Shown here: in pieces, positions 28,485 through 38,485 of the stretch
Position numbering within the stretch: the stretch's first letter is position 1
How the letters are laid out: each line of letters starts with the position of its first letter
From: Gemmatimonas sp.
GTDB lineage: Bacteria; Gemmatimonadota; Gemmatimonadetes; Gemmatimonadales; Gemmatimonadaceae
NCBI GenBank assembly: GCA_965279375.1
Contig: OZ257156.1
Location: forward strand, 4,544,001-4,608,000
Reading direction: 5' to 3'
Length of the DNA: 64,000 nucleotides
Notes under the pieces: generated by a model
Databases searched by the model: none
Seen by the model: the letters and a program-made list of their open reading frames with translations, nothing else
What the model was told of the DNA's origin: nothing
Translations under genes and position numbers: made by a program

Positions 28485-29455
28485 GTCCCGCCACTGGCGG
28501 CGGCGCTTCGCCTGCGCGAACGGCTGCCGGCACCGACCGATCCCCGGAAGCTGCCGATCGACGCCATACGCGGCGGGTGCGCTCCGTCGCGCGTCGACGG
28601 CGGGTCGGCGCGGGACTGACCGCCTTCGTCTGGATCGCCGCGCTGCTGGCGGTGCTTCCGCTCTTCGCCATTCTCGTGCACCTGATCGCGGGTGGTGCCA
28701 GCGCGCTCTCCGTGGACTTCTTCATCAAGATGCCGTCAGCGTCGGGCGTGGCGGGCGGTGGCATGGCCAACGCGATCGTCGGCACGTTGCTGCTGATCGC
28801 CATTGCATCCGCGCTCGGTCTGCCGGTGGGACTTGGCGCTGGGCTCTTCCTCGCGGAGCGCGGCGATACTCGATTGGCGCAGGTAGTACGCTTCGTCGCC
28901 GACGTGCTCAGCGGACTGCCGTCGATCGTACTCGGCGTGCTGGCGTGGGAACTGATCGTTCGACCGAGTGGGCACTTTTCAGCGCTCGCTGGCGGAGTCG
29001 CTTTGGGGCTGCTGATCGTCCCACTCGTGACGCGAGCAACGGAGGAAATGGTCAAGCTCGTGCCTGCCTCGCTCGCCGAGTCGGCGCTCGCGCTTGGCTT
29101 TCCGCGATGGCGCACCTCGTTGGTGATCGTGCTGCGTACAGCGATGCCGGGAATCGTGACCGCCGCGCTTGTGGCCGTCGCGCGCGCAGCGGGAGAGACC
29201 GCACCGTTGCTCTTCACCGCGTTCGGCAACGCGTACTGGTCGCTCGATCCAACACGCCCGATCGCCGCGCTTCCGCTGCAGATCTTCGCGTACGCCCTCA
29301 GCCCCTATGACGATCTGCGCGCCAAGGCGTGGGCCGGTGCCCTGGTGCTGTTGCTGATGATCACGCTCATGAGCCTGCTCGCACGGGCCGTTCTGCGCGC
29401 GCGGCAGTCGTTGGTGCAAGGGATCGCACCGCGCGCTGGTGATGGCGATGCCTGA
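28481..29455 (+). CDS. pstA: Phosphate ABC transporter permease
   Basis: GGMANAIVGT, LSGLPSIV, ARAAGETAPLLFT, AWAGALVL. Confidence 0.96.
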   Translation: MSPATGGGASPARTAAGTDRSPEAADRRHTRRVRSVARRRRVGAGLTAFVWIAALLAVLPLFAILVHLIAGGASALSVDFFIKMPSASGVAGGGMANAIVGTLLLIAIASALGLPVGLGAGLFLAERGDTRLAQVVRFVADVLSGLPSIVLGVLAWELIVRPSGHFSALAGGVALGLLIVPLVTRATEEMVKLVPASLAESALALGFPRWRTSLVIVLRTAMPGIVTAALVAVARAAGETAPLLFTAFGNAYWSLDPTRPIAALPLQIFAYALSPYDDLRAKAWAGALVLLLMITLMSLLARAVLRARQSLVQGIAPRAGDGDA

Positions 29456-30233
29456 GACGATCGTGGCTGGAGACGCTCCCGCCGTCGAACTCCGCGATGT
29501 TTTGGCGCGTTACGGCAATCGAATCGCCGTGCGCAATGTGTCGCTCGATTGTCCGGCTGGCATGGTGTCGGCGATCGTCGGCCCATCCGGTTGCGGCAAG
29601 TCCACGCTGTTGCGCTGCATCAATCGGCTGCACGAGAGTGTGGCTGGCGCGACCTCGTCTGGTGCAATCCGCGTGGATGGCGTTGACGTGCATGCGCGCG
29701 CAGTCGATCCGATCGCGCTGCGGCGACGCATCGGCATGGTCTTCCAGCGACCGACCCCCTTTCCTACGCTCTCGATCTTCGACAATGTCGCTTCCGGCGT
29801 ACGCGCCGCGGGATCCCCGCCGTCCCCCGGCGCGTTGCGAGATCTCGTGGAGCACGCCCTGCGCCGCGCCGGGCTGTGGACTGAAGTCGCCGATCGGTTG
29901 CACGGCAGCGCGCTGACACTCAGCGGCGGCCAACAACAGCGGTTGTGCATCGCGCGCGCACTCGCCGTTGGTCCTCGGGTGCTTCTGCTCGACGAGCCAA
30001 CGGCGTCCCTCGATCCGTTGGGCACGCAGCGCATCGAGGAGTTGGTTTACGAACTGCGAGGGAGCGTCACGCTGATCATCGTCACTCACAACATGCAGCA
30101 GGCGGCGCGCGTGTCTGATACGACTGCATTCATGCTGGACGGCGAGCTGGTCGAGCAAGCGCCCACGCGAGCGCTCTTCACCACACCTCGCGACGAACGC
30201 ACCGAAGCGTACGTGACCGGGCGCTTCGGCTGA
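29448..30233 (+). CDS. pstB: Phosphate ABC transporter ATPase (copy 1)
   Basis: [55 protein letters not shown]. Confidence 0.95.
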   Translation: MPETIVAGDAPAVELRDVLARYGNRIAVRNVSLDCPAGMVSAIVGPSGCGKSTLLRCINRLHESVAGATSSGAIRVDGVDVHARAVDPIALRRRIGMVFQRPTPFPTLSIFDNVASGVRAAGSPPSPGALRDLVEHALRRAGLWTEVADRLHGSALTLSGGQQQRLCIARALAVGPRVLLLDEPTASLDPLGTQRIEELVYELRGSVTLIIVTHNMQQAARVSDTTAFMLDGELVEQAPTRALFTTPRDERTEAYVTGRFG

Positions 30234-31030
30234 TGCCGACGTCGGTGCGAGATGCCGCACTTGAACCGGCGCGATCGGCGGGCCGCGTCGTGGTCGAGCG
30301 ATTCTCCGCGTGGTTCGGCGAGCGTCGTGCGCTCACTTCCGTGGACTTCGACGTGCAGCCCAACTGCGTCACCGCATTGATCGGCCCGTCGGGCTGCGGC
30401 AAGTCGACATTGCTGCGCGCGATCAATCGGCTGAACGATCAGATTCCCGGCGCGCGACAGGAGGGACGGGTTCTCCTCGACGGTGAAGACATCTACGCCT
30501 CGTCCATGGATACCAGCGTGCTCCGCCAACGCGTGGGCATGGTGTTCCAGCGTTCGAACCCGTTTCCCAAGTCGATCTTCGACAATGTGGCATACGGGCC
30601 GCGGCTGAATGGTCTCGCGCAGGGGGCCGAGTTGGAGGCGTTCGTCGAAGGTGCGCTCCGCCGCGCCGCATTGTGGGACGAAGTCAAGGATCGATTGCGC
30701 GAGAGCGCGCTCCGACTCTCCGGCGGACAGCAGCAACGACTCTGCATTGCGCGCGCGCTGGCCAACGATCCAGAGGTGCTGTTGCTCGACGAACCGACGA
30801 GCGCGCTCGACCCGTTGGCGACGCAGCGCATCGAGGAGCTGCTCTACGAGTTGCGGCGGGACCTGACGATCGTGTTGGTAACGCATAACTTGCATCAGGC
30901 CGCCCGCGTCTCCGATCAGACCACTTTTTTGTTCGACGGACGACTCGTGGAATCGAGTGCGACCAAGCAGCTTTTCACGAGCCCGCGCGAGGCGCGCACC
31001 GAGGCATTCATCACGGGGAGACTGGGTTGA
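30233..31030 (+). CDS. pstB: Phosphate ABC transporter ATPase (copy 2)
   Basis: [54 protein letters not shown]. Confidence 0.95.
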   Translation: MPTSVRDAALEPARSAGRVVVERFSAWFGERRALTSVDFDVQPNCVTALIGPSGCGKSTLLRAINRLNDQIPGARQEGRVLLDGEDIYASSMDTSVLRQRVGMVFQRSNPFPKSIFDNVAYGPRLNGLAQGAELEAFVEGALRRAALWDEVKDRLRESALRLSGGQQQRLCIARALANDPEVLLLDEPTSALDPLATQRIEELLYELRRDLTIVLVTHNLHQAARVSDQTTFLFDGRLVESSATKQLFTSPREARTEAFITGRLG

Positions 31031-31767
31031 TGGCAGACGGCGGCGGATACCGGCACTTTCACGACGAACTTGGCGTGCTCAAGCAGCGCCTGCTCGACAT
31101 GTCGGAGCGAGCCGAATCGCTGGTCGATCTCGCCGTCGAAGCGCTGCTCGAACGCGATCGCGACAAAGCCCAGACAGTCATCGACGCCGACCGCGAGCTC
31201 GATCGCATCGAGGTCGAGGCGGAGAACCTCGCGATCTCCCTGCTCGCGCTGCAGCAACCGATGGCGCGCGACCTGCGCTTCCTCATTGGCGCCATCAAGG
31301 TCTCCAGCGATCTGGAGCGCGTCGGCGATCACGCCGTCAACATCGCGCAAAGCGCTGTGCGCCTCGTGGATTCCCGCGCCACGCCGCCGTCGGTTCCCGC
31401 GATCTCCGACATGGCGCGACGGGCCCGCGCCATGCTGAGCGATGCGCTCGACGCGTTCATTCGTGGCGATGGCACACTCGGGCGCGCGGTCGGCAAAGCC
31501 GACGATCAGGTGGACTCGCTGCACGAAGGTATTTTTCGCACGCTGCTCACCTACATGATGGGCGATCCGCGCACGATCGCGCCCTCGCTCGAACTGCTGC
31601 TCGTCAGCCGCAACCTCGAGCGCGTGGCCGACCTCGCGACCAACATCGGCGAGAACGCGGTCTTTCTCGCTGAAGGCAAGCAGATCCGCCATCGCTACGA
31701 CGAAGAGCATGGCGATGAGGCCGACGCCAAAATTTTGCCACTGCACTCCGAGAGCAAGTCCGCTTGA
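31030..31767 (+). CDS. phoU: Phosphate signalling protein PhoU
   Basis: LQQPMARDLR, DLERVGDHAVNIA, LERVADLATNIGE. Confidence 0.96.
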   Translation: MADGGGYRHFHDELGVLKQRLLDMSERAESLVDLAVEALLERDRDKAQTVIDADRELDRIEVEAENLAISLLALQQPMARDLRFLIGAIKVSSDLERVGDHAVNIAQSAVRLVDSRATPPSVPAISDMARRARAMLSDALDAFIRGDGTLGRAVGKADDQVDSLHEGIFRTLLTYMMGDPRTIAPSLELLLVSRNLERVADLATNIGENAVFLAEGKQIRHRYDEEHGDEADAKILPLHSESKSA

Positions 31768-33371
31768 GCGCTACACCGCGTACCACAGCAGCTGTGGCCC
31801 CGACGGCCGACGTACGCATTGCGGCCATCGACATCGGATCCAACTCGGTACGCCAGATCATCGCCGACGTCTCGCCGTCGGGGCAGATTCGCGTCGTTGA
31901 CGAAATGAAGGCGATGCCGCGCTTGGGCGAAGGGCTCGAGACGACGGGTGCGCTCGGCCAAACCGCGCTCGATGCCGCCGTGGCCGCGGTGCAACGCATG
32001 GTCATGCTCGCCAAGCAGTACGAGGCGCTGCGCATCGAGATCGTGGCCACCAGCGCAGTCCGCGATGCCAGTAACGGACCGGAGTTCACGAGTCGCGTGT
32101 TCGACAGCACGGGCGTGGAAGTGAGAGTGCTCAGCGGCGAAGAAGAGGCGCTGCTCTCCTTCCGCAGCGCCCTCGCGCACTTCGAACTCGGCTCCGGTCG
32201 TTCACTGGTGATGGACATCGGCGGGGGTTCATTGGAGCTGGTGCTCGCCAAGGACGGCCTCATCGAACGCGTCGCGTCGCTTCCCTTCGGCGCGGTGCGC
32301 CTGACCGAGCGCTTCCTCTCACCCGTGCTGCGCCCCAAGGGTGTGCGTCTCTTGCGCGAGCACGTGCGCGACGGACTGCGTCGCGCCGTGCCGGTGAAGG
32401 ACTGGCGTGGAACGCGCGTCATCGGTTCCGGCGGCACCTTCACCAACCTCGCGGGCATCGTGCTCAATCGTACGGGCGTCAGCGTGCGCTCGGCGCATGG
32501 CACGCGCGTGACGCGCGTGGAGCTGGAGCACGTGCTCGATTGGCTGCAGCGCCTCGACCCGACCGAGCGCACGCAGGTGCCGGGGCTCAACCCGGCGCGT
32601 GCGGACATCATCGTCGCAGGCCTGGCAACCGCCGCCGAAGTCGTCGCACGATTTGACCCGCGCGATCTGCTCACCTCGGCGTACGGCATTCGCGAAGGAC
32701 TGTTGCTCGAGTCGGCGCGCGTCACACCGGTTGTGGCCGATCCTGGCGCGGCGCGCGAACGCTCAGTGCGTGAGTTTGCCGAGCGTTGTCACTACGAAGA
32801 GCCGCATTCACGGCAGGTGCAGACGCTCGCGCTGCAGCTCTTCGACGCGCTGGCGCCGCGCATGGGCCTGGGCGCGGTGGACCGTCGTATTCTCGCCGAC
32901 GCCGCGCTGCTGCACGATGTGGGTTACCACATCAACTACGAGAATCACAACAAGCACTCGTTCCATCTGATTTCGCATGCCGAATTGCTGGGCATGACGC
33001 CCGCCGAGCAGATCGCGATCGCGCATGTGGCGCGCTACCACCGCGGCGCCTCACCCAAGCGAAAGCACCGTCGGTTCGCCCAACTGGATCGGGTGCTGCG
33101 CGAACGCATCGTGAAGTTGTCCGCACTGCTCCGCTTTGCCGACGGCTTCGATCGCGGTCACGTGAGCGCGGTGGGGCGCCTCAAGGTCCGCTGGACGCAG
33201 GATACGGTGCGCGTGACCGCCGTGGAGGCCACAGGCGCCACCAGTCTCCGCCTCGAGTGCTGGGGCGCCGCCCGCAAGCGCGGCCTGCTGGAGCAGGTTC
33301 TCGGCCGCCCCGTCGAGGTAATTGGTGCGGACGGCACGGTCGTAACCTTCGACGAAGGCGACGGCGAGTAA
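31764..33371 (+). CDS. ppx: Exopolyphosphatase Ppx/GppA family with C-terminal HD domain
   Basis: AAIDIGSNS, ATSAVRDA, LSGEEEA, DIGGGSLE, GIREG, LLHDVG. Confidence 0.93.
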   Translation: MSATPRTTAAVAPTADVRIAAIDIGSNSVRQIIADVSPSGQIRVVDEMKAMPRLGEGLETTGALGQTALDAAVAAVQRMVMLAKQYEALRIEIVATSAVRDASNGPEFTSRVFDSTGVEVRVLSGEEEALLSFRSALAHFELGSGRSLVMDIGGGSLELVLAKDGLIERVASLPFGAVRLTERFLSPVLRPKGVRLLREHVRDGLRRAVPVKDWRGTRVIGSGGTFTNLAGIVLNRTGVSVRSAHGTRVTRVELEHVLDWLQRLDPTERTQVPGLNPARADIIVAGLATAAEVVARFDPRDLLTSAYGIREGLLLESARVTPVVADPGAARERSVREFAERCHYEEPHSRQVQTLALQLFDALAPRMGLGAVDRRILADAALLHDVGYHINYENHNKHSFHLISHAELLGMTPAEQIAIAHVARYHRGASPKRKHRRFAQLDRVLRERIVKLSALLRFADGFDRGHVSAVGRLKVRWTQDTVRVTAVEATGATSLRLECWGAARKRGLLEQVLGRPVEVIGADGTVVTFDEGDGE

Positions 33372-33416
33372 TCACCGCGAACATTGCGTCGCGCGGTGAG
33401 CGTTCACCGCGCGAGG

Positions 33417-35600
33417 TCAGCCGTCGCGCGCAGGCTCCGTTCGCCCCTTCCCTTCCGTTCGCGCATTCCCCTTCGCGCGAGGTGCGCGCCGCGTCGTGGT
33501 GGGCGACGATTTGTCGCGTACGGCCATGCCCCACGCGTGCTTCATGAACGTCGGCTGCGTGGCGATCTCTCGAGCGGTACCGGACTGCCGGCGCCGATAG
33601 ACGCCGTCGGCGCCGAGTTCCCAGGCCTGTCGGTTGTCGGCGAGACAGGTCTCCAGCAGCGAGTGCAGCTGCGTGTGCAGCTGACGGTCTTCGATCGGCG
33701 TCATCACTTCCACTCGACGATCGAGATTGCGCGGCATCCAGTCCGCCGAGCCGATGTAGTACTCGGGCACGCCCCCGTTCGCGACGTACAGCACGCGCGA
33801 ATGCTCCAGGAATCGGCCGATGATCGAGATGACGCGAATGTGCTCGCTGATGCCAGGCACGCCAGGCAGCAGGCAGCAGATGCCGCGCACGATCAGATCG
33901 ATCTCCACGCCATCCTTGGACGCGCGATACAACGCGCCGATCACGCCGGGATCGACGAGGGCGTTCATTTTTGCGATGATCCGTCCACCGCGCCCGGCGC
34001 GCGCATGCGCCGCTTCGCGCTCGATCAGCTCCAGCATGCGTTCGCGTAGGTTGGCCGGTGCCACGAGCAGCTTGCGATAGAACTTCTGACGAGAGACGCC
34101 CGTCAGCGAGTTGAAAAGGTCGGTGAGGTCCGCACCGATCTCCTTGCTGCACGTCAGCAAACCCAAGTCGGTGTAGTGTCGTGCCGTCTTGGAGTTGTAG
34201 TTGCCCGTACCGATGTGCACGTAGCGGCGCAGTCCATCGGGATCACGACGAACGACCAGCGCTGTCTTGGCGTGTGTCTTGAGCCCGGGCAGGCCATACG
34301 CCACATGGATGCCGTAGCTTTCCATCGTGCGCGCGAACGAGATGTTGTTCTGCTCGTCGAATCTCGCTTGCAGTTCGATCAGCACAGCCACCTGCTTGCC
34401 CTGCTCGGCGGCTTCGGTCAACGCGCGCACCAACGCCGTATCGCCCGACGTGCGATACAACGTCATCTTGATCGCGAGCACGTGTGGATCGTGCGCGGCC
34501 ATCTCGAGGAAGGCCTCTACGGACGATGAGAACGACTCGTACGGATGATGCACGAGGATGTCGCGCTCACGGATGGCATCGAAGATGTTTCGCGTGCCAT
34601 CTCGCAGGGCCGGCGGTACCACGGGCGTGAACGGCGGGTCGCGCAGTTCAGGAAGGTCGATCGATGCCAGCGACATCAGATCGCCCAGCTCCAGCACCTC
34701 GTCCACGTCATGCACGTCGCCTGCGCCCAAAGGCGCGACTTCCTGCGTCTCGCTCTCGCCCAATTCCTCGAGCAGCAACGAGCGGATGGACTCAGGCATT
34801 CCACGCTGCACTTCGAGACGCACCACTTCTCCGAAACGGCGCTGAAACACCTGCTGCTCGATCGACTCCAGCAGATCTTCGGGCTGATCCATCTGGCCGA
34901 GATCGAGATCGGAATAGCGCGTGATGCGGAAGGTGAACCAACGCACCACGTCCATGCCCGGGAAGAGCGCGCGCAGATTGGCGCCGATCAGCTCCTCGAG
35001 AGGCACGAAGCAATTCGGCCGGCCGATCGCCACCCAGCGCGGCAGCGAGCGCGGCACCTTCACGCGGGCGAAGTGCTCCTGCCCCGACACCGGATCACGA
35101 ATCTCCACCGCCAGCGAGAGCGAGAGATTCGAGATGTAGGGAAACGGATGGCCCGGGTCCACCGCGAGCGGCGTGAGCACCGGAAAGACTTCCGCCTCGA
35201 AGTACGACGACACGAGGGCCGACTCGTCCGCCGTGAGCTCGTCCATTTGCACGAGGCGAATCCCATGCGCCTCGAGCGACGGCAACAGCAGCTCGCGCAA
35301 CGCGGAACGACGTCGATCGAGCAGCTGCTGCACGCGCGTTCGAATCGCGACGAGCTGATCGGCCGGCGTCAGCGGGTCGGGCTGATACTGCGGAGCCCCG
35401 GCGGCGACCTTTCGACGCAGACCCGCGAGCCGAACCATGTAGAACTCGTCCAGGTTCGTGCTGAAAATCGCGAGAAACTTGAGCCGCTCCAGCAGCGGAA
35501 CCCGCGGATCGAGCGCTTCTTCGAGCACGCGGGCGTTGAACTCGAGCCAGCTGAGCTCGCGGTTCAGGTACGGCAGCGTCTGCGCGGAGAGCGGATTCAT
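33417..35600 (-). CDS. ppk1: Polyphosphate kinase 1
   Basis: NRELSWLEFNARVL, PGHPFPYIS, HHPYESF, LKTHAK, GRFLEHSR, SADWMPRNLDRRVE. Confidence 0.98.
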   Translation of the reverse strand: MNPLSAQTLPYLNRELSWLEFNARVLEEALDPRVPLLERLKFLAIFSTNLDEFYMVRLAGLRRKVAAGAPQYQPDPLTPADQLVAIRTRVQQLLDRRRSALRELLLPSLEAHGIRLVQMDELTADESALVSSYFEAEVFPVLTPLAVDPGHPFPYISNLSLSLAVEIRDPVSGQEHFARVKVPRSLPRWVAIGRPNCFVPLEELIGANLRALFPGMDVVRWFTFRITRYSDLDLGQMDQPEDLLESIEQQVFQRRFGEVVRLEVQRGMPESIRSLLLEELGESETQEVAPLGAGDVHDVDEVLELGDLMSLASIDLPELRDPPFTPVVPPALRDGTRNIFDAIRERDILVHHPYESFSSSVEAFLEMAAHDPHVLAIKMTLYRTSGDTALVRALTEAAEQGKQVAVLIELQARFDEQNNISFARTMESYGIHVAYGLPGLKTHAKTALVVRRDPDGLRRYVHIGTGNYNSKTARHYTDLGLLTCSKEIGADLTDLFNSLTGVSRQKFYRKLLVAPANLRERMLELIEREAAHARAGRGGRIIAKMNALVDPGVIGALYRASKDGVEIDLIVRGICCLLPGVPGISEHIRVISIIGRFLEHSRVLYVANGGVPEYYIGSADWMPRNLDRRVEVMTPIEDRQLHTQLHSLLETCLADNRQAWELGADGVYRRRQSGTAREIATQPTFMKHAWGMAVRDKSSPTTTRRAPRAKGNARTEGKGRTEPARDG

Positions 35601-35658
35601 GCGGGATCTGGGATCGAGGAGCGCACCGTGAGCGGCGACGCTCCCCGTGCCTGTCTGG

Positions 35659-36690
35659 TTAGACGAACAACGCGAGCAGCTTGTAGGACACCGCCGCCAT
35701 GAAGGCTGACGCGGGGATAGTGATCACCCACGCCCACACAATACGACTCGCGAGCCCCCAGCGCACTGCGGACAATCTGTTTGTCGCGCCGACGCCGACG
35801 ATCGCACCGGTGATGGTGTGCGTGGTGCTCACGGGAATGCCGAGTCGCGTCGCCGTGAGGATTACAAGTGCACCGCCGGTTTCAGCGCAGAATCCGCCGA
35901 CCGGCTTGAGCTTGGTGATGCGCGTACCCATGGTGTGCACGATGCGCCAGCCGCCCGACAGCGTGCCCAGAGAAATACACGAGTACGCGGCAATCTCGAT
36001 CCACGTCGGTATCGACTTGAGATCTTCCACGTAGAAGAAGTGCAGCCATCCCGGCTGCGCCGCGAAGAGCGCCTTGGACGCCACCAACAGCGCGACAATG
36101 ATGCCCATCGTCTTCTGCGCGTCGTTGCTGCCGTGCGCGAGCGACAACAGGGCCGAGCTGGTGAGCTGCGCGACCCGGAAGAACTTGTCGACCCGGGCGT
36201 TGGTCGCGTTACGGAAGATGTTGAAGACGGCGACCATGAGCAGAAAGCCCATGAGCATACCGAGGGCGGGCGACATCACGATCGCGAGCAACGTCTCGAT
36301 CCACTTGGGCCCCCAAAGCAGCGCTCCCCAACCGGCCTTCGCTACGGCTGCACCGGCGTACCCGCCGATGAGCGCATGCGAGGAGCTGGATGGAATCCCG
36401 AACCACCAGGTAATCAGGTTCCAGATGATCGCGCCGAGCAGGCCTCCGAGAATGACACTCGGATCGACGATGCTCATGTCGATGAAGCCGCCGCCGAATG
36501 CCTTGGCGACGGCGGTGCCCGCCACGAAGAGGGCCGCGAAGTTGAAGAACGCCGCCCAGATGACAGCGGCAAGGGGACTGAGAACGCGCGTCCCGACGAT
36601 CGTCGCGATGGAATTCGCCGAGTCGTGAAAGCCGTTGATGTAGTCGAACGCCAACGCCATCACGACAATGAACAACACGAAGTAGACCAC
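35659..36690 (-). CDS. pit: PiT-family inorganic phosphate transporter
   Basis: NGFHDSANSIAT, PSSSSHALIGG, HGSNDAQKTMG, GIPVSTTHTITG. Confidence 0.95.
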   Translation of the reverse strand: MVYFVLFIVVMALAFDYINGFHDSANSIATIVGTRVLSPLAAVIWAAFFNFAALFVAGTAVAKAFGGGFIDMSIVDPSVILGGLLGAIIWNLITWWFGIPSSSSHALIGGYAGAAVAKAGWGALLWGPKWIETLLAIVMSPALGMLMGFLLMVAVFNIFRNATNARVDKFFRVAQLTSSALLSLAHGSNDAQKTMGIIVALLVASKALFAAQPGWLHFFYVEDLKSIPTWIEIAAYSCISLGTLSGGWRIVHTMGTRITKLKPVGGFCAETGGALVILTATRLGIPVSTTHTITGAIVGVGATNRLSAVRWGLASRIVWAWVITIPASAFMAAVSYKLLALFV

Positions 36691-36697
36691 AGGACGA

Positions 36698-37309
36698 TCA
36701 GCTATTCTTGAGCGCGATGCTTTCCAGCACGTTCGACACGTCATCGCACTCGTCGATGGCGTGCTCCAGTGCGTCAAAGATTTCCTTCCATTTGAGCACT
36801 TCGATCGCCGGTTCTTCATTGGCAAACAGGGCGCCGACGTTCTCGGCGTACAGCACGTCGCCCTCTTCCTCGAGCAGCTTGATTGCTCGGCTGTGCTCCA
36901 CCATACGCTGGCGCTTGGTGACGTCTGATACCGAGTCCAGAATCTCCTTGCTGGCTCGCACGATGACATCCGCCATCTTCACGGCGCCCGGCCGCGCTTC
37001 GGTCACGCGGAACATCACGACTCGACGCGCCGCGCCGTTGATGATGTCGATCACGTTGTCGAGTCGCTTCGCCAGCACATGAATGTCTTCGCGATCCAGC
37101 GGCGTTACAAAGCTTGTATCGATGCGCTGGTTGATCTGGTGCACGATCGCATCGCCTTCCGTTTCGACCTTCTTGATCTCGGTCGCGATGCGCACCGAAT
37201 CGGTCGGAGATTCCAGCAGACCGCGCAGCAGCGTCGCGGAGCTGCCGATGTGTATCGCGAGTTGGCGGAAATGATCGAAGAATGTTTCGTCTTTGGCGAA
37301 GAGCTTCAC
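36698..37309 (-). CDS. DUF47 PhoU-like Pit accessory protein
   Basis: ETEGD, FVTPLDREDI, EEEGD, KWKEIFDALE.AIDECDDV; immediately upstream of pit. Confidence 0.92.
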   Translation of the reverse strand: MKLFAKDETFFDHFRQLAIHIGSSATLLRGLLESPTDSVRIATEIKKVETEGDAIVHQINQRIDTSFVTPLDREDIHVLAKRLDNVIDIINGAARRVVMFRVTEARPGAVKMADVIVRASKEILDSVSDVTKRQRMVEHSRAIKLLEEEGDVLYAENVGALFANEEPAIEVLKWKEIFDALEHAIDECDDVSNVLESIALKNS

Positions 37310-37422
37310 GGCTGCTTGTTGGCTGAGGAATCGCTGGTACTCGCGCAAATCCGACGTCGGAGACGCCGTGCGCTGTGACCGGGAATGAAGCGCCGCCTAC
37401 ACCACTGCAGGAACGGCGAGGT

Positions 37423-37440
37423 CCGTAACGATTGCGTCAC
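37423..37440 (-). promoter_or_regulatory. Putative Pho box upstream of DUF47-pit-ppk1
   Basis: Minus strand reads GTGACGC-aatc-GTTACGG, same orientation relative to transcription as the other boxes. Confidence 0.55.
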
Positions 37441-37499
37441 CGAGCTCGCCGCGCCATGCGCGGATTCGATGCGTTACACGACGTACGAGCAGCGATGGT

Positions 37500-38258
37500 T
37501 CACGACCAAACGACTTTCGCATCGCCGCCCTGCGTGCGACGCCGGATGAACTCGCGGTCTGCGAACCAGCGGATGAGCAGGACGCCTGCCACGAATCCGC
37601 CGATGTGCGCCCACACCGCCACGCCGCCAGAGATATCGCGACGCAATGACGAGAGTTGCGGCAGACCGTTCACGACCTGGCTGCCGAACCACAGGATGAG
37701 CACGGCCCACGCCGGGAGCCGGATGAAGAAGACCGGCGGGATGTAGGTCCGCACCCGGACCGATGGATACAGCAAGAGATACGCACCCATGACACCGGAG
37801 ATCGCGCCAGAAGCGCCCACGGTGGGCACAGGTGACGCCGGCGATACCATCACGTGTGCGGCGGCGGCGATGACGCCTGTCAGCAGGTAGAAGGCAAGAA
37901 ACCGTCCACGCCCCATGCTGTCCTCGACGTTGTTGCCGAAGACCCAGAGAAACAGCGAATTCCCGATCAGGTGCATCCAGCTGCCGTGCAGAAACATCGA
38001 GCTGATCGGCGTGAACCAGTTGATCGCCTCCGCGTCCACCACGCAGGCCATGCCGTAACCGAGCGGCACGGCCTGTCCGAGCGGGGCCAGATGCGTCAAC
38101 TCGCCCGGGACCAGCCCGTAATTGCACACGGTCTTGGCCAACTCCACCGGCTGCCCCGCATGCTGCACCAGCAGCCAGACCGCCCACGTGACCACCAGAA
38201 TGGCCACGGTCATGACCGGGGCGCGGAGCGTCGGGTTTTCGTCGCTGATCGGGAACAT
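37500..38258 (-). CDS. Rhomboid-family intramembrane serine protease
   Basis: MFLHGSWMHLIGN, VGASGAISG (Ser), AHIGG (His). Confidence 0.93.
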   Translation of the reverse strand: MFPISDENPTLRAPVMTVAILVVTWAVWLLVQHAGQPVELAKTVCNYGLVPGELTHLAPLGQAVPLGYGMACVVDAEAINWFTPISSMFLHGSWMHLIGNSLFLWVFGNNVEDSMGRGRFLAFYLLTGVIAAAAHVMVSPASPVPTVGASGAISGVMGAYLLLYPSVRVRTYIPPVFFIRLPAWAVLILWFGSQVVNGLPQLSSLRRDISGGVAVWAHIGGFVAGVLLIRWFADREFIRRRTQGGDAKVVWS

Positions 38259-38485
38259 GAAATGCAGTACTCGTGGGTGCTGGGATGGGTTTCCCGCAAA
38301 GCTGTCTGCCAGTGCCAAGCCGCGCCAGAAAGGCAGTCTGCCAACGCGGCACCGCCGGTCTCCTGAAATTCCGCACAACTCGGCCTACTCGGCAGGATTC
38401 GTGCGGCCCACCCCTTGCCTGTTGCGGGGGGAGTTGACGGCCAGCCGGTCGTCTTCGACGTCTTATCGCCAAAACAGAGGAAGCA

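Noticed and set aside
38300..38345. AGTGCCAA / CTGCCAA resembling CIRCE half-sites or a sigma54 promoter upstream of dnaK
   Set aside because: No inverted partner at 9-bp spacing and no GG-N10-GC spacing found
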